Shown one piece after another: positions 10,070 through 19,369 of a stretch of DNA of 64,000 nucleotides. Where the stretch lies: IMG/VR virus record IMGVR_UViG_3300035053_000291; one strand, 5' to 3'. The notes under the pieces were generated by a model. It had not been told where the DNA came from. It saw only the letters and a program-made list of their open reading frames with translations, and did not search any database. The position numbers and the translations under genes are program-made. Positions within the stretch are counted from its first letter, which is position 1. Each line of letters opens with the position of its first letter. This DNA is from a virus.

Positions 10070-10561
10070 CTAGAAAAATTCTTCCTTGTATTCTTTTTCC
10101 AATTCCTCATCAGTCAACTGTTCATATGGTTTCCAGCCATTTCCACGGATGATATCATATAGAAATGATTCATCGTTGGCCATGATATTTTCTTTAACTA
10201 TCTCAATCGTCCTTTCTGATAATTTATGGATCATCTCTTCTCTTTTTTCTTGTCTCATATTCTTAAATTCCTCCTTGTTGTTTCCTTCTTTTTCTTGCTT
10301 TTTTATTTCTTCAATTTCGGCAATCTTTTCTTTTAAAAATTGGTTGAACTTTTCCAGATCGTTATTATCATATCTCAGCAATTCGTTGTCATTTTCTTCC
10401 ATCTTTCTTTGAATGAAGTCATGCATTGTTGTGTCTTCTGTTGGAAAGACATATGAATCATGATATGACAAGTTCAAGTATTCATTCACAATTTCCCGCA
10501 TTATCTTGTATATCTGGTAAAAATTCAATTTTTCTCCGTTGAATTCTATGTTCTCTTTCAT
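10070..10561 (-). CDS. Hypothetical protein (AT-rich)
   Basis: ORF track. Confidence 0.7.
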   Translation of the reverse strand: MKENIEFNGEKLNFYQIYKIMREIVNEYLNLSYHDSYVFPTEDTTMHDFIQRKMEENDNELLRYDNNDLEKFNQFLKEKIAEIEEIKKQEKEGNNKEEFKNMRQEKREEMIHKLSERTIEIVKENIMANDESFLYDIIRGNGWKPYEQLTDEELEKEYKEEFF

Positions 10562-10845
10562 TGTTTTGCCTCCTTTTTTTCAATGATATATGTTCCTTCT
10601 CCGTTCTCTTCCCATCGGAATTTTCTTTCTTCTTTTTCACTCTCACTCCTGATAGCTATCCATCCTTTTTTCCATGGGTCTTCGTAAGCATGTTCTATAT
10701 TTCGTTTACCAAAATTATATGCCCATTTCTTGTATCTGTCTACTCCAATTCTAACGAAATAATCTTTTTCTTCATCCAAATCAAATTTCTTCAGAATTTC
10801 AGCCAATAGGACTTGTTCTCCAAAATCTTCCAGGTCCCCAGACAT
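10558..10845 (-). CDS. Hypothetical protein (AT-rich)
   Basis: ORF track, ATGA overlap. Confidence 0.7.
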   Translation of the reverse strand: MSGDLEDFGEQVLLAEILKKFDLDEEKDYFVRIGVDRYKKWAYNFGKRNIEHAYEDPWKKGWIAIRSESEKEERKFRWEENGEGTYIIEKKEAKQ

Positions 10846-10847
10846 AT

Positions 10848-11321
10848 TTACTCCTCCTTCTTCCCATACATATTCAGGTAAAACAGGTGTTCTTGGATTT
10901 CTGATCTGTTATTGGTGTCCCAGTGGTCATCACAACAATCCCAGCGTATCTCGTCCTTCATGTCGTGTTCCTTGACAACTGTCTTGGGGAAGTGGACTGT
11001 GTATTCGATACTTCCAAAAATGGAATCATCTTCTTTTATTTCAGCCACTGGCATTTCTTTTTCTATTTTACCCATGAGATCTTCCTTTCGTCTCTTAATC
11101 TCTTCAAACGGAAGGCCACGGGTAAAAGTGTAATATTCTAGACCGTCTATTGTCTTGGTCGTCCCGTGGCTTTCAATGATTTCCAGGTCTTCCTTCAAAA
11201 ACTCCTTACGGTCATATTCTTTTAGATAGACTTGTCTTAGCCAAGGTCCTGACCCTCCTACGATCAAGTCAGAATCGTATTCTTCCTCGACCTCAAGAAA
11301 AATCTTACTTTTGTTCTCCAT
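10848..11321 (-). CDS. Hypothetical protein
   Basis: ORF track, GGAGG SD. Confidence 0.7.
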   Translation of the reverse strand: MENKSKIFLEVEEEYDSDLIVGGSGPWLRQVYLKEYDRKEFLKEDLEIIESHGTTKTIDGLEYYTFTRGLPFEEIKRRKEDLMGKIEKEMPVAEIKEDDSIFGSIEYTVHFPKTVVKEHDMKDEIRWDCCDDHWDTNNRSEIQEHLFYLNMYGKKEE

Positions 11322-11464
11322 TTTTATTCCTCCATCTAATACAAAAACAGATAGTCTTCTATGTACTCTCTTTTTGTTGTTGGTTTTTCTTCCATATTCT
11401 AATTCTCCTTTGTTTTCCCTAACAAGCCTTTATATGCTCTCCTTACGCTCCCTTTACTGATAAC

Positions 11465-11635
11465 ATGGCATACGAAAAAGATGGATACATCCTGTATCAA
11501 AACAAAAAGAATCCGAATCTTCGGTATTTTGCCAAGAAAGGAAATAAAAAAGGTAAACCAATCGACCTCCCAAAAGGATATAAGGTCAAAGTCAACAAAC
11601 GGACTGGTTTGCCTATCTTATCTAAAAAGAAATAA
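11465..11635 (+). CDS. Small basic 56-aa protein, candidate nucleic-acid-binding/chromatin protein
   Basis: MAYEKDGYILYQ...YFAKK...DLPKGYKVKVNKRTGLPILSKKK; TATA box 30 nt upstream (leaderless) and hairpin plus polyT downstream; missed by ORF track. Confidence 0.8.
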   Translation: MAYEKDGYILYQNKKNPNLRYFAKKGNKKGKPIDLPKGYKVKVNKRTGLPILSKKK

Positions 11636-11671
11636 GGAGAGAAAAGGCTTCTCTCATCTTTTTTTTATTTT

Positions 11672-12046
11672 TTAATATCTTTTTTGTTTCACTGCGTCCA
11701 TGATGTCTTGTTCTAATCCTGTGATATCGTATTCGTCTGTCGGGTCTTTCACTTGTTGTATCTTATCGATGATCCAGGCGCAGTTGATGTTCACGTTCTT
11801 GTTGTTGATGATGAAATCCATCAGTTCTTTCTGTTTCTTGATGGTTCGTACCCGTCGCTGGATCTCCTCGAGTTCATGGCTTGCCGCTTTCAGTTTCTCT
11901 TGATGTTCTCGGGCTTTTTCCTCAAGATAAGGGAACCTTTCGGGCAGGTGTCCGCTCTCTTTGTTTTCGATTTCTGTGTCTACGGGCTGATACTTCTTTT
12001 TTCCTATCCCTAATTTCAATGGCATGCTCTCTCCTCCATTATGCAA
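11672..12046 (-). CDS. Hypothetical coiled-coil protein
   Basis: ORF track. Confidence 0.7.
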   Translation of the reverse strand: MHNGGESMPLKLGIGKKKYQPVDTEIENKESGHLPERFPYLEEKAREHQEKLKAASHELEEIQRRVRTIKKQKELMDFIINNKNVNINCAWIIDKIQQVKDPTDEYDITGLEQDIMDAVKQKRY

Positions 12047-12431
12047 TCAGTTTGTTCACATTCTTTATCTGCTTTTTCATCTTCTTGAGTTCTTCTTCCT
12101 TTTCAGCAGTCTTTTCTTTGATGATCTTCTTGATGTTCTTTTTAATGCTATATATGTGAATCGGGCGCCCTTTTCCATTATCTGGTTGTTTTTGGTTCTT
12201 TCTTTTTACCCATCCTTTTTTGATCATCTTGTTCACTGCCGTGCTTACTTCTGGTTGTCTCAGGTCTGCACCAAATTCTATGTCTCTAGAGGTGCATGGT
12301 TGTTTCTTTTGAATGTATACTATTGCTCTTGCTTCTGCCTTTCCTACCCCTAATAGGATAAGAGAGTCTACCAGTTCCCACTCTTTTTCATTCAGTTCTT
12401 CTCTCATGGTTTCGTCACCTTTTTTATTCAA
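12039..12431 (-). CDS. TrmB-like winged-HTH transcription regulator
   Basis: LGVGKAEARAIVYI...SRDIEFGADLRQPEVSTAV...GKGRPIHIY. Confidence 0.85.
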   Translation of the reverse strand: MNKKGDETMREELNEKEWELVDSLILLGVGKAEARAIVYIQKKQPCTSRDIEFGADLRQPEVSTAVNKMIKKGWVKRKNQKQPDNGKGRPIHIYSIKKNIKKIIKEKTAEKEEELKKMKKQIKNVNKLIA

Positions 12432-12807
12432 ATCGTATTATCCAATCTTTTATATCTAAGTGCTTGTATGTTTCTTGTCCGATTAATGGTGGGAGTGGCA
12501 TCTCTCCCTTTAATGAATTCATGTTCTTTACTTGCTTGTTCATCACTACGATGCTTTCCTTATCTTCCCTGATGTAGATGTCAAACCGTGGTTTGACCGG
12601 GACTACTGCATTGCTGAACGGCAGAATGCTTTTTCTTGTGGTAAATACCCTGAACCGATGTGGGTCAGGGTTATACTTGTCTTCCTTGAACGTGAACACA
12701 TGCCATTCCTCATCAGTGTGACCGGTCTTCTGCTGTGTTACTTCAGAAATCTTCTTAGCAAGCCCGATACGGTTGACCGCATCATCAGTAAAATTATTAT
12801 TTCCCAT
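12424..12807 (-). CDS. Hypothetical protein
   Basis: ORF track, coupled. Confidence 0.7.
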   Translation of the reverse strand: MGNNNFTDDAVNRIGLAKKISEVTQQKTGHTDEEWHVFTFKEDKYNPDPHRFRVFTTRKSILPFSNAVVPVKPRFDIYIREDKESIVVMNKQVKNMNSLKGEMPLPPLIGQETYKHLDIKDWIIRFE

Positions 12808-12936
12808 CTTTTCTCACCTACAAATTCTTCATCTTCCCTAATTTTCCTCGTTGATATAATTCTCTTCTTTCCTTGTATTCTTGAAGTCTCTTGTAGAGAT
12901 GTCTGCCCCATTTTGAATTCCAATCAATAGATACGA

Positions 12937-13272
12937 TTACTGACCCTCCTTCTTGATGGTAACGGTCATGACATCCCCATGATGCCAGTTCCTGGCTTTG
13001 AACTCGATGGCATCCTCCAGATGGATGATGGTGCGTGGGACACGTTCATCTGGTTTCTTCATACCCATCTGTTCTGGTAACCCTTGGAACATCTGCATGA
13101 TGCCTTGTGGAGACATGGGCATTTCTTGTGCCATCAAAAGACCATCCTCATTGTGCTCGATCTGTTCTTTTTCTAATTCTTCCACTGGTTCCATGAAGAC
13201 TTCCACTTTTCCCTTTTCTTTTGGGCTGTCTCTGATGCCCGTTATCTGATATTTAATGTTCAATTCACTCAT
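12937..13272 (-). CDS. Hypothetical protein
   Basis: ORF track, SD. Confidence 0.7.
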   Translation of the reverse strand: MSELNIKYQITGIRDSPKEKGKVEVFMEPVEELEKEQIEHNEDGLLMAQEMPMSPQGIMQMFQGLPEQMGMKKPDERVPRTIIHLEDAIEFKARNWHHGDVMTVTIKKEGQ

Positions 13273-13275
13273 TTT

Positions 13276-14022
13276 TCATCTTTCCTCCTTTAATCCCACT
13301 TGTTTCTTCAGTTCCTTCACCCCTCCCCGGATGATCTTTTGGTTGAACTTGTATGTCTTTTTTCTTCCTTCATCCTTCCTTTCGAATATGCCGGATTCAG
13401 CTCCCATCCCAAGCATCTTTCTGACCTGCCCAAACTTCAATGGGATATCCTGAAATTTTCCTTTGTTGATGCCCGTTGCCGTTTGCTCGTTTCCTGCAAA
13501 ATAATCGATCTTATTGGCATCGTTCAACCCGCCACGGAACCGAAGATACCAATAGTAGACTATTGTTGCACCTTCGACTTTCACCCGTCTTTTCCCGGCA
13601 AGCCCATAAAAGTGTTCCTCTTTTATCTCTTCAAGGAACTCTTTCTGTCTTCGGGTCAACGATTTTATTTTCTGGTTTCGTTCATTGATGATGGTTGGTA
13701 TCTCATCTGCATCGAACATCTGCCGATACACATATCCTCGCTTCTTCTGTCCTGTTTTCAGGATAATGCCATAATTCGATAGATAATTCAGTGTTGATCG
13801 TGCCTCATAAGGATCCATATCCAAAGACAACTGTCGGAAAATGAACTCTTCTCTGGAAAAGTTGACGATATGGACCAAAAGAGGAATCATCGTCTCCTTA
13901 TTGGCGGTCATTGGAATGCGGAAATGTTCGTATTTTTTGTTGTATTTCATCTGTTCGATCCATCTGTTCTTCTGTTCTTCATTGTCGAATATAGGGGCGG
14001 TCGTTTGTCTGCTCAAAGCCAT
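13276..14022 (-). CDS. Hypothetical protein with probable wHTH
   Basis: YEARSTLNYLSNYGIILKTGQKKRGYVY helix-wing pattern. Confidence 0.65.
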   Translation of the reverse strand: MALSRQTTAPIFDNEEQKNRWIEQMKYNKKYEHFRIPMTANKETMIPLLVHIVNFSREEFIFRQLSLDMDPYEARSTLNYLSNYGIILKTGQKKRGYVYRQMFDADEIPTIINERNQKIKSLTRRQKEFLEEIKEEHFYGLAGKRRVKVEGATIVYYWYLRFRGGLNDANKIDYFAGNEQTATGINKGKFQDIPLKFGQVRKMLGMGAESGIFERKDEGRKKTYKFNQKIIRGGVKELKKQVGLKEER

Positions 14023-14201
14023 CCATTATCCTCCAATATCTGTTTCATCGCTTCGATTTCTGCATCTGGGAGGACAGGGAAATTTAATTCCCTGAGCCTC
14101 TCATTGAGTTCAACTGCTTCTTTGAGATCCTGTGGATCTCTGTGTTCTACTAATTCGGAAAATATTCCTTCCATGTTTCTTCCACTCCTTTCTGCTCTGC
14201 C

Positions 14202-14648
14202 TTAATGTCCACTTGTGCAGACACCAGTCATGGTCCCAAATTCATTGATGCGGTATCCAGAGAATACTGCATCTCCCTGGGCTATAATCTGATGGTTATT
14301 TCCAAGTGCTAAAATGTGTGTGCATCGGTCGTCGACTAAAGGAAACCGCACTGCGATTTCATATTGGCTGCAATCCATTGGTTCTACAGTCAATGTTTCG
14401 GCTACTTTTCTTGAAGGTTCTTGAAGGTCGTAATGTGTTGCGACCCAGATGAATCCTTTACTGACCAATACTCCATCGTTTCGCTCCCAATTCCGTCCTC
14501 CTTTCCCGGAAAAATGAGATTTTCCCAGAAAGAATTCAACTATTTCTTTGTCATATACCTTAGCTATTTTGCTTTGATATATCTCTTCAAAAGATTTGTC
14601 GAATTGTTTCTCCGCAATCCTTTTTTGTGAGAAAGAGGGGGACGGCAT
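14202..14648 (-). CDS. Hypothetical protein
   Basis: ORF track. Confidence 0.7.
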   Translation of the reverse strand: MPSPSFSQKRIAEKQFDKSFEEIYQSKIAKVYDKEIVEFFLGKSHFSGKGGRNWERNDGVLVSKGFIWVATHYDLQEPSRKVAETLTVEPMDCSQYEIAVRFPLVDDRCTHILALGNNHQIIAQGDAVFSGYRINEFGTMTGVCTSGH

Positions 14649-15976
14649 TAGAATGCCACCCTTCCATTCTTTTTGAGTTGGTCGAGTCGTTTGTCCACCT
14701 GGTTCATGTTCGGTTTGTATCTGCGTTGTCGTGGTTTAGATGCTTGTCGTGGTTTGCGGCGTCCTTCCTTCTTGTTTAAGGTAAGGCATTTGGTTGGTTT
14801 GCAGTATATGTTCCCGTTTCTCACATCCAAGACCTCTAATTTCCAGATGCCTTGCACATGACGGAATTTTCGTTGGAACTTGCTGGGAACAATAACATGC
14901 AGATTGGTGTCATTGGTCTTGATGTTATACCAGTCTTTGCCGGTTCCCTGTTCTTTCACAGGTGTCCCAGTGATGTGTTTTGGATGGTCCTTGATGAACT
15001 TCACTGGTTTGGCGACTACTTTCTCGTTGTCTTCCTTGAGTAATTTCATCTGCCAGACGCCGTCTTTCTTGAGGTCGTTCAAGAATGTTTTTGGAATCCA
15101 GACTTTCTTCTCCGTCCGGTCTGTATGAACCACTCGTTGACCGCCGATCTCTGCCTCAAAGTATGATTCTTCTGGGAGGTATCGGACTGGTGCGCATTTC
15201 ACCTTGTCAGTTGTCTCATCCAAAACTTTCATCTCCCAGACGCCTTCTTCGGTCATCGTATCCTTTCCCTTTACGACCCAGATGTCTTTCTGGGTGGCAT
15301 CAGTATAAATGCCTCGTCCATAGACGGCTTTGAATGTATCTTCTTTGATGGTTCTTCTGCGTTCTTTTTCAGCGAGGAATGCTTCCATGTCTGGTTCTCC
15401 GATGATGCGGTCATCGGTCACTTTGTAGACGTGGAATTTGGCATCGATGTCGTTCCAGTTCAAATCGGTGGTGTGTTTCATTGCATCTTTGACGATCCAG
15501 ACCTTCTTCCCATTGAATGTGGTGTTCATCCCTTGGAAATTGACTGGTATCACCGGATTCCATTCCTTGTCGATCCCTGCATCGGTGTAGTCAAGGTCCA
15601 GCTTGGAAAGTTTTTGATCTAACTGTTCTTTCGGGGACAATGGTTTGTTCTGCACGTTTCTGATGAATGATTGTAATTGATTGGTCATCTGGGTTTCTGG
15701 TTCTATGCGTGGTTCCGTTGTTGCTTTGATGTCGTGTTCGCTGACTTCCTTCCACCGGCGGACGATGTCAAACATCTCCCGTGCCCGTTGGGTCCGGGTG
15801 GCCAGTTGTCCTAAGCGATACAATGCGTTCTCCATGCCGTGAACTTCGACATATTTAGCTGCTTTCTTCTCCTGGAACGTGTTGACTTCGATGTTCATTG
15901 AACCAACCTCCAAGAGATTTTCATTTCCAATTCCTTCTTCATGTTTCCACTCTGCCAATTTTTCTGCTTTATTCAT
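14648..15976 (-). CDS. Protein with about four internal beta-rich repeats and a basic C-tail
   Basis: Repeats KKVWI..K...GVWxMKvLde.d.kv.a.P. Confidence 0.75.
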   Translation of the reverse strand: MNKAEKLAEWKHEEGIGNENLLEVGSMNIEVNTFQEKKAAKYVEVHGMENALYRLGQLATRTQRAREMFDIVRRWKEVSEHDIKATTEPRIEPETQMTNQLQSFIRNVQNKPLSPKEQLDQKLSKLDLDYTDAGIDKEWNPVIPVNFQGMNTTFNGKKVWIVKDAMKHTTDLNWNDIDAKFHVYKVTDDRIIGEPDMEAFLAEKERRRTIKEDTFKAVYGRGIYTDATQKDIWVVKGKDTMTEEGVWEMKVLDETTDKVKCAPVRYLPEESYFEAEIGGQRVVHTDRTEKKVWIPKTFLNDLKKDGVWQMKLLKEDNEKVVAKPVKFIKDHPKHITGTPVKEQGTGKDWYNIKTNDTNLHVIVPSKFQRKFRHVQGIWKLEVLDVRNGNIYCKPTKCLTLNKKEGRRKPRQASKPRQRRYKPNMNQVDKRLDQLKKNGRVAF

Positions 15977-16273
15977 TTAGAACAAGCCTCCTTTGATCAT
16001 TTCTGCCATGCTTACGGTCTTGTCTTCATAGCTAATTCCTGCCTTCTTGAAGGTGGCAAGAACGTCTATCTTTCCGTCTTCATCTCGGACTGGTTTGAAT
16101 CCTGCCACGCAGGCACCAACTGAACTGAATCGTTGGATGTCGTCATAATGCAGGGTGTCCTGCATCCTGCTGGCATATTCTTTGCCGAGGGCTTGTTCCA
16201 ATGCTTCTATTCCAGACTTACGTCCTTTTCTGCTGGCGTCTGGAGTGCCAGCTCTGTTCGTTGCATTTCGCAT
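15977..16273 (-). CDS. Hypothetical protein
   Basis: ORF track, GGAG SD. Confidence 0.65.
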   Translation of the reverse strand: MRNATNRAGTPDASRKGRKSGIEALEQALGKEYASRMQDTLHYDDIQRFSSVGACVAGFKPVRDEDGKIDVLATFKKAGISYEDKTVSMAEMIKGGLF

Positions 16274-16293
16274 ATGCTTTTTCTCCGTTTCTT

Positions 16294-16320
16294 TTCAGCC
16301 TTCGCTTGTTAGAAGGCTGA
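16294..16320 (-). terminator. Hairpin immediately 3' of mini-tRNA element
   Basis: TCAGCCTTC-N8-GAAGGCTGA, 9-bp inverted repeat. Confidence 0.55.
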
Positions 16321-16321
16321 T

Positions 16322-16370
16322 TCCTATGCCGGGGGTCGAACCCGGATCATGCTGCCAACTGGCCATAGGC
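16322..16370 (-). ncRNA. Anticodon-less tRNA-like element 1
   Basis: G-CCTATG...CATAGG-A acceptor-like stem, D-loop-like CAGTTGGC, T-arm CCGGG-TTCGACC-CCCGG; no anticodon arm. Confidence 0.65.
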
Positions 16371-16663
16371 TACGCTCAACAAACTGCGTTCCTCACCGCC
16401 CGTGTTGAGGGGCAAATTTATGGAAAAAGAGGTCTGGTTTTCATAATGAAATGAAAACCTGGAAGCCTCAGTTTTCTACTCTGCCATTCGTTACTCATAC
16501 CGAATAGGATAGATGTATATAATTGTTTTTATAGGCATTGAAAGTATAAAACAAAAGGGTTAAATATAGGAGACAGCATTAATATTCTTGTAAAGGCGAG
16601 GAAGTGTGTTCGTTGCATTTCCTCTGCTTTTTCTCCGTTTTTGAGTAGGGGGAAAAAATATTA

Positions 16664-16903
16664 ATGAATAATGCTATTGCGTCAACTGTCGGCGAGAAAA
16701 TGGCAGGGGACAACACGGAAAAGAAATGGGTTTCCATCTCATTGCATCGGGATCTTATCCATCAGATCGATTCATTTATCGATGATGATCGGTTCTACGG
16801 GTATACCAGCCGTACTGATTTCATCACCGAAGCGGTCAGACTGCGGTTAGAAGAATTGAAAAAACTGTATGATGATACCTTCCCCGAACGAAAAGAAGAC
16901 TAA
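16664..16903 (+). CDS. Ribbon-helix-helix (CopG-like) regulator
   Basis: WVSISLHRDLIHQID...YTSRTDFITEAVRLRL; divergent promoter. Confidence 0.85.
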   Translation: MNNAIASTVGEKMAGDNTEKKWVSISLHRDLIHQIDSFIDDDRFYGYTSRTDFITEAVRLRLEELKKLYDDTFPERKED

Positions 16904-17355
16904 GCAAGCATCTTCTCCAACACGTCTTTTATGTCTAATTTGGGGAATTGCAACAAATGGAAGACCAAGATGGTCACCGATTCATTGTTGAGTCGTTCCA
17001 TCTCCAGTAATGCGTTCTCCAGTTCATCCAGACTTTTTATCGATGTGCTTTGCTTTTTGAAGAACCGGTAATTCATGAGTGCTCCTTTCCGATAGGTGTC
17101 CAGTTCTTCTTCTGGGATGAGGGTCACTGGCTTCATCACGGTTTCTATATATTGGTAGAATGCTTCAATGGTCTGCCCTTCTTCCTTTGCTTTTCTTATA
17201 TGATTTATTAAGAATGCTGCAAAGTATACTGCCCCAGTGAGCCGTTCAATAGGGCATTCATCCTTGAGTGCAGACTTATAGATCCTTTTGGTGTTACTGA
17301 GGAAGTATTCCCTCAACTGTTCTTTCTTCATCATGTTCTGTCCCCTATTAAACAA
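16900..17355 (-). CDS. Hypothetical helical protein
   Basis: ORF track. Confidence 0.7.
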   Translation of the reverse strand: MFNRGQNMMKKEQLREYFLSNTKRIYKSALKDECPIERLTGAVYFAAFLINHIRKAKEEGQTIEAFYQYIETVMKPVTLIPEEELDTYRKGALMNYRFFKKQSTSIKSLDELENALLEMERLNNESVTILVFHLLQFPKLDIKDVLEKMLA

Positions 17356-17496
17356 TTATTTATATTTTGTTCTATATAAATATGTTTTGGCGAATATTTT
17401 TCACAGGCCTTTAAGTCTTGCAATGCCTTATAATTAAAAAGAAAGGAAGAGAAGGGAATTTTTTTGTTTTTTGCCCCCCTCTCCTCCTTGCCTCCC

Positions 17497-17649
17497 TTAT
17501 CTCGTGCGTTTGAGGTCTGTTCTGCCCTGTAGAACCAGTTCTCTTGCCTGATCCTCACCGACAAATACCTTATGCAGATGATCCGTCCAAAAATACCAGA
17601 TCGGTCGTTTGGCGGACCCTGCCTTTCTCACCGTTCCCTTAGTTGTCAT
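17497..17649 (-). CDS. Small hypothetical protein (MTTKGTVRK...)
   Basis: 3' part of the track ORF; start reassigned because the upstream Zn-finger gene overlaps. Confidence 0.55.
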   Translation of the reverse strand: MTTKGTVRKAGSAKRPIWYFWTDHLHKVFVGEDQARELVLQGRTDLKRTR

Positions 17650-17776
17650 GGGTACACGCTCCCATGGCATAAAAACAGCGCAGGCAGACCCAACGCATGG
17701 TTCCTTTGTCGTCCAGTTTCGTTCGCAACTGCTTGTGTGCCTCCCCACACGTACTACAGTGCTTTCTTTCGCTCAT
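17639..17776 (-). CDS. Small Zn-finger protein (45 aa, CSTC...CLRC)
   Basis: Manual translation, AGGAG SD. Confidence 0.65.
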   Translation of the reverse strand: MSERKHCSTCGEAHKQLRTKLDDKGTMRWVCLRCFYAMGACTHDN

Positions 17777-17998
17777 ATTGTTGTTTTCTCCTTTGTTCTT
17801 TTGTGGTCCTTTCCGGAACTGAACCGGTCTGGACCATGATGAAAAAAATGATGTTTTTATGAAAATTTAAATAGAAGAAAAAAGATTGAGGAGGTGTTGT
17901 TTTCTCCTTTGTTGGTCCTTTCCGGACCATCACTGGAGATTCGAATACTGAAAAGGGAAAGAAAGGACGTTTTAGTCCTTCTTTCCTACACCACCTAT

Positions 17999-18301
17999 CT
18001 ATTGGTAGATGTCCCGGATGTATGCCGGGTTTCCCCAACTTGTTTTTAGTTCCTTGAACTCCTCTTCTTTTGGTTGTTCTTCTGGTTCCTCTAGATCGAT
18101 GGTCTCCTGTATGTGGTCGAAATGCCCTTCTGCTGTAGTCTCTTCCCGGTCTTCCAACCGGATCGTTTCAGCTAGGTCTTTGTTTTCCTGCTCGAACTTG
18201 TCGAATTCCTGTTCCAACTCATCACAGAACGCATCAAATTCCCGTTCTAACTCATCGATTCGTTTGCCTTCTTCAACTTTTACTGTAAAATCTATATCCA
18301 T
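17999..18301 (-). CDS. Hypothetical acidic protein, C-terminus IYQ
   Basis: ORF track, GGAGG SD. Confidence 0.7.
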   Translation of the reverse strand: MDIDFTVKVEEGKRIDELEREFDAFCDELEQEFDKFEQENKDLAETIRLEDREETTAEGHFDHIQETIDLEEPEEQPKEEEFKELKTSWGNPAYIRDIYQ

Positions 18302-18357
18302 TGTTTATTCCTCCAAAAAATAAGTGGAAAATGGGACAGGTGTCCCATCCTTCCCTC

Positions 18358-18651
18358 TTAGTATGCTCGGGCTCCTCCATTGGCAATGGCATCTTCGATG
18401 AGTTGCTGGCGTCGGTAGATCTTTTCAGTCACATTTGCTGCCTTTTTCTGTTCGACCTCTTGCTGCCACATCCTGACAACTGTCTCTGGGACGGTCTTTT
18501 CGATCATTTCCAAGGCTTCTTCTTTCCTCATCAGGTCGTCAAAAGACATTGTTTCTGTCTTTGCTGCTGCCTGATAGATCTCTTTTGCCTCTTCGTATTT
18601 GATATGTTCGTCGTTTCCTGCGTTTCCTTTATATATCTCTTTTCTATTCAT
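18358..18651 (-). CDS. Hypothetical protein
   Basis: ORF track, AGGAG SD. Confidence 0.7.
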   Translation of the reverse strand: MNRKEIYKGNAGNDEHIKYEEAKEIYQAAAKTETMSFDDLMRKEEALEMIEKTVPETVVRMWQQEVEQKKAANVTEKIYRRQQLIEDAIANGGARAY

Positions 18652-18815
18652 GTTATGTCGCTCCTATTGTGCCCGGTTTTTCGCACCTCAATTTATTTTG
18701 CATTTGCCGGGCATGGTGGGGGTTGCTTCTCAAACCCCTTTTTCGCCCCATTCTGGATCTGAACCAGGCTGGGACATAGTGAAAAAATAGAAGAAAAAGG
18801 GAGAATGGTGTTGGT

Positions 18816-19118
18816 TTACTGCACCCTTCTTTCGATTGTTCTTTGGATTTCCCATCTGATCTTCATGCACATCTCAAAGACGAGGGCTATTCCATCCAGA
18901 TACGTTCCATATCTTTCTTTTATTGATTGGAAACAGAAGAAAAGCGCCACCAGATTCAGGGAAAAAAGCGCTATGAATCCTTGAAAATGCTGCTGTTGCC
19001 ATTTGAATATGAATCCAAAGGCGATTCCTGTTATCTGAAATGCAAGAGAGATGGATAACCAGCCATATACTCGAAATTTTTCTGCATCCTTCTGTTCTTT
19101 GTTTCCTAAATATCTCAT
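18816..19118 (-). CDS. Small membrane protein (2 TM)
   Basis: Two hydrophobic segments, SD. Confidence 0.7.
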   Translation of the reverse strand: MRYLGNKEQKDAEKFRVYGWLSISLAFQITGIAFGFIFKWQQQHFQGFIALFSLNLVALFFCFQSIKERYGTYLDGIALVFEMCMKIRWEIQRTIERRVQ

Positions 19119-19130
19119 GTTTCTTCCTCT

Positions 19131-19253
19131 TTATTGATGATGTTTCTGCTCCAATACCCTGATATATGCCTCTTCGAGCATACTGCAAGGGACGATTTCT
19201 TCTGCTGCTGCCACTTCTGCCTCAATTTGTTCTATTTCCTTTTCTGTATACAT
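19131..19253 (-). CDS. Small acidic protein (40 aa, MYTEKEIEQIEAEV...)
   Basis: Manual translation, AGGAG SD. Confidence 0.6.
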   Translation of the reverse strand: MYTEKEIEQIEAEVAAAEEIVPCSMLEEAYIRVLEQKHHQ

Positions 19254-19369
19254 GTTGTTTTTCTCCTATATCAGCCAGACAACCGCTTCTCAGGCTGTCA
19301 GCTGTCTTGTTTTTTTCAAAAAATGTGGTCCTTTCCGGAATTGAACCGGTCTGGACCATGGTGAAAAGG

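Larger units (their letters stand above)
17804..19358 (-). repeat. T-loop hairpin leader family, 4 copies (17804-17836, 17913-17929 deleted, 18744-18776, 19326-19358)
   Basis: 6-bp stem, 3x3 internal loop, 4-bp stem, TTCARWT loop; compensatory changes in the 18744 copy. Confidence 0.75.

Noticed and set aside
11465-11635. Naming the small basic protein CC1 or Cren7
   Set aside because: Sequence does not match those families as I recall them
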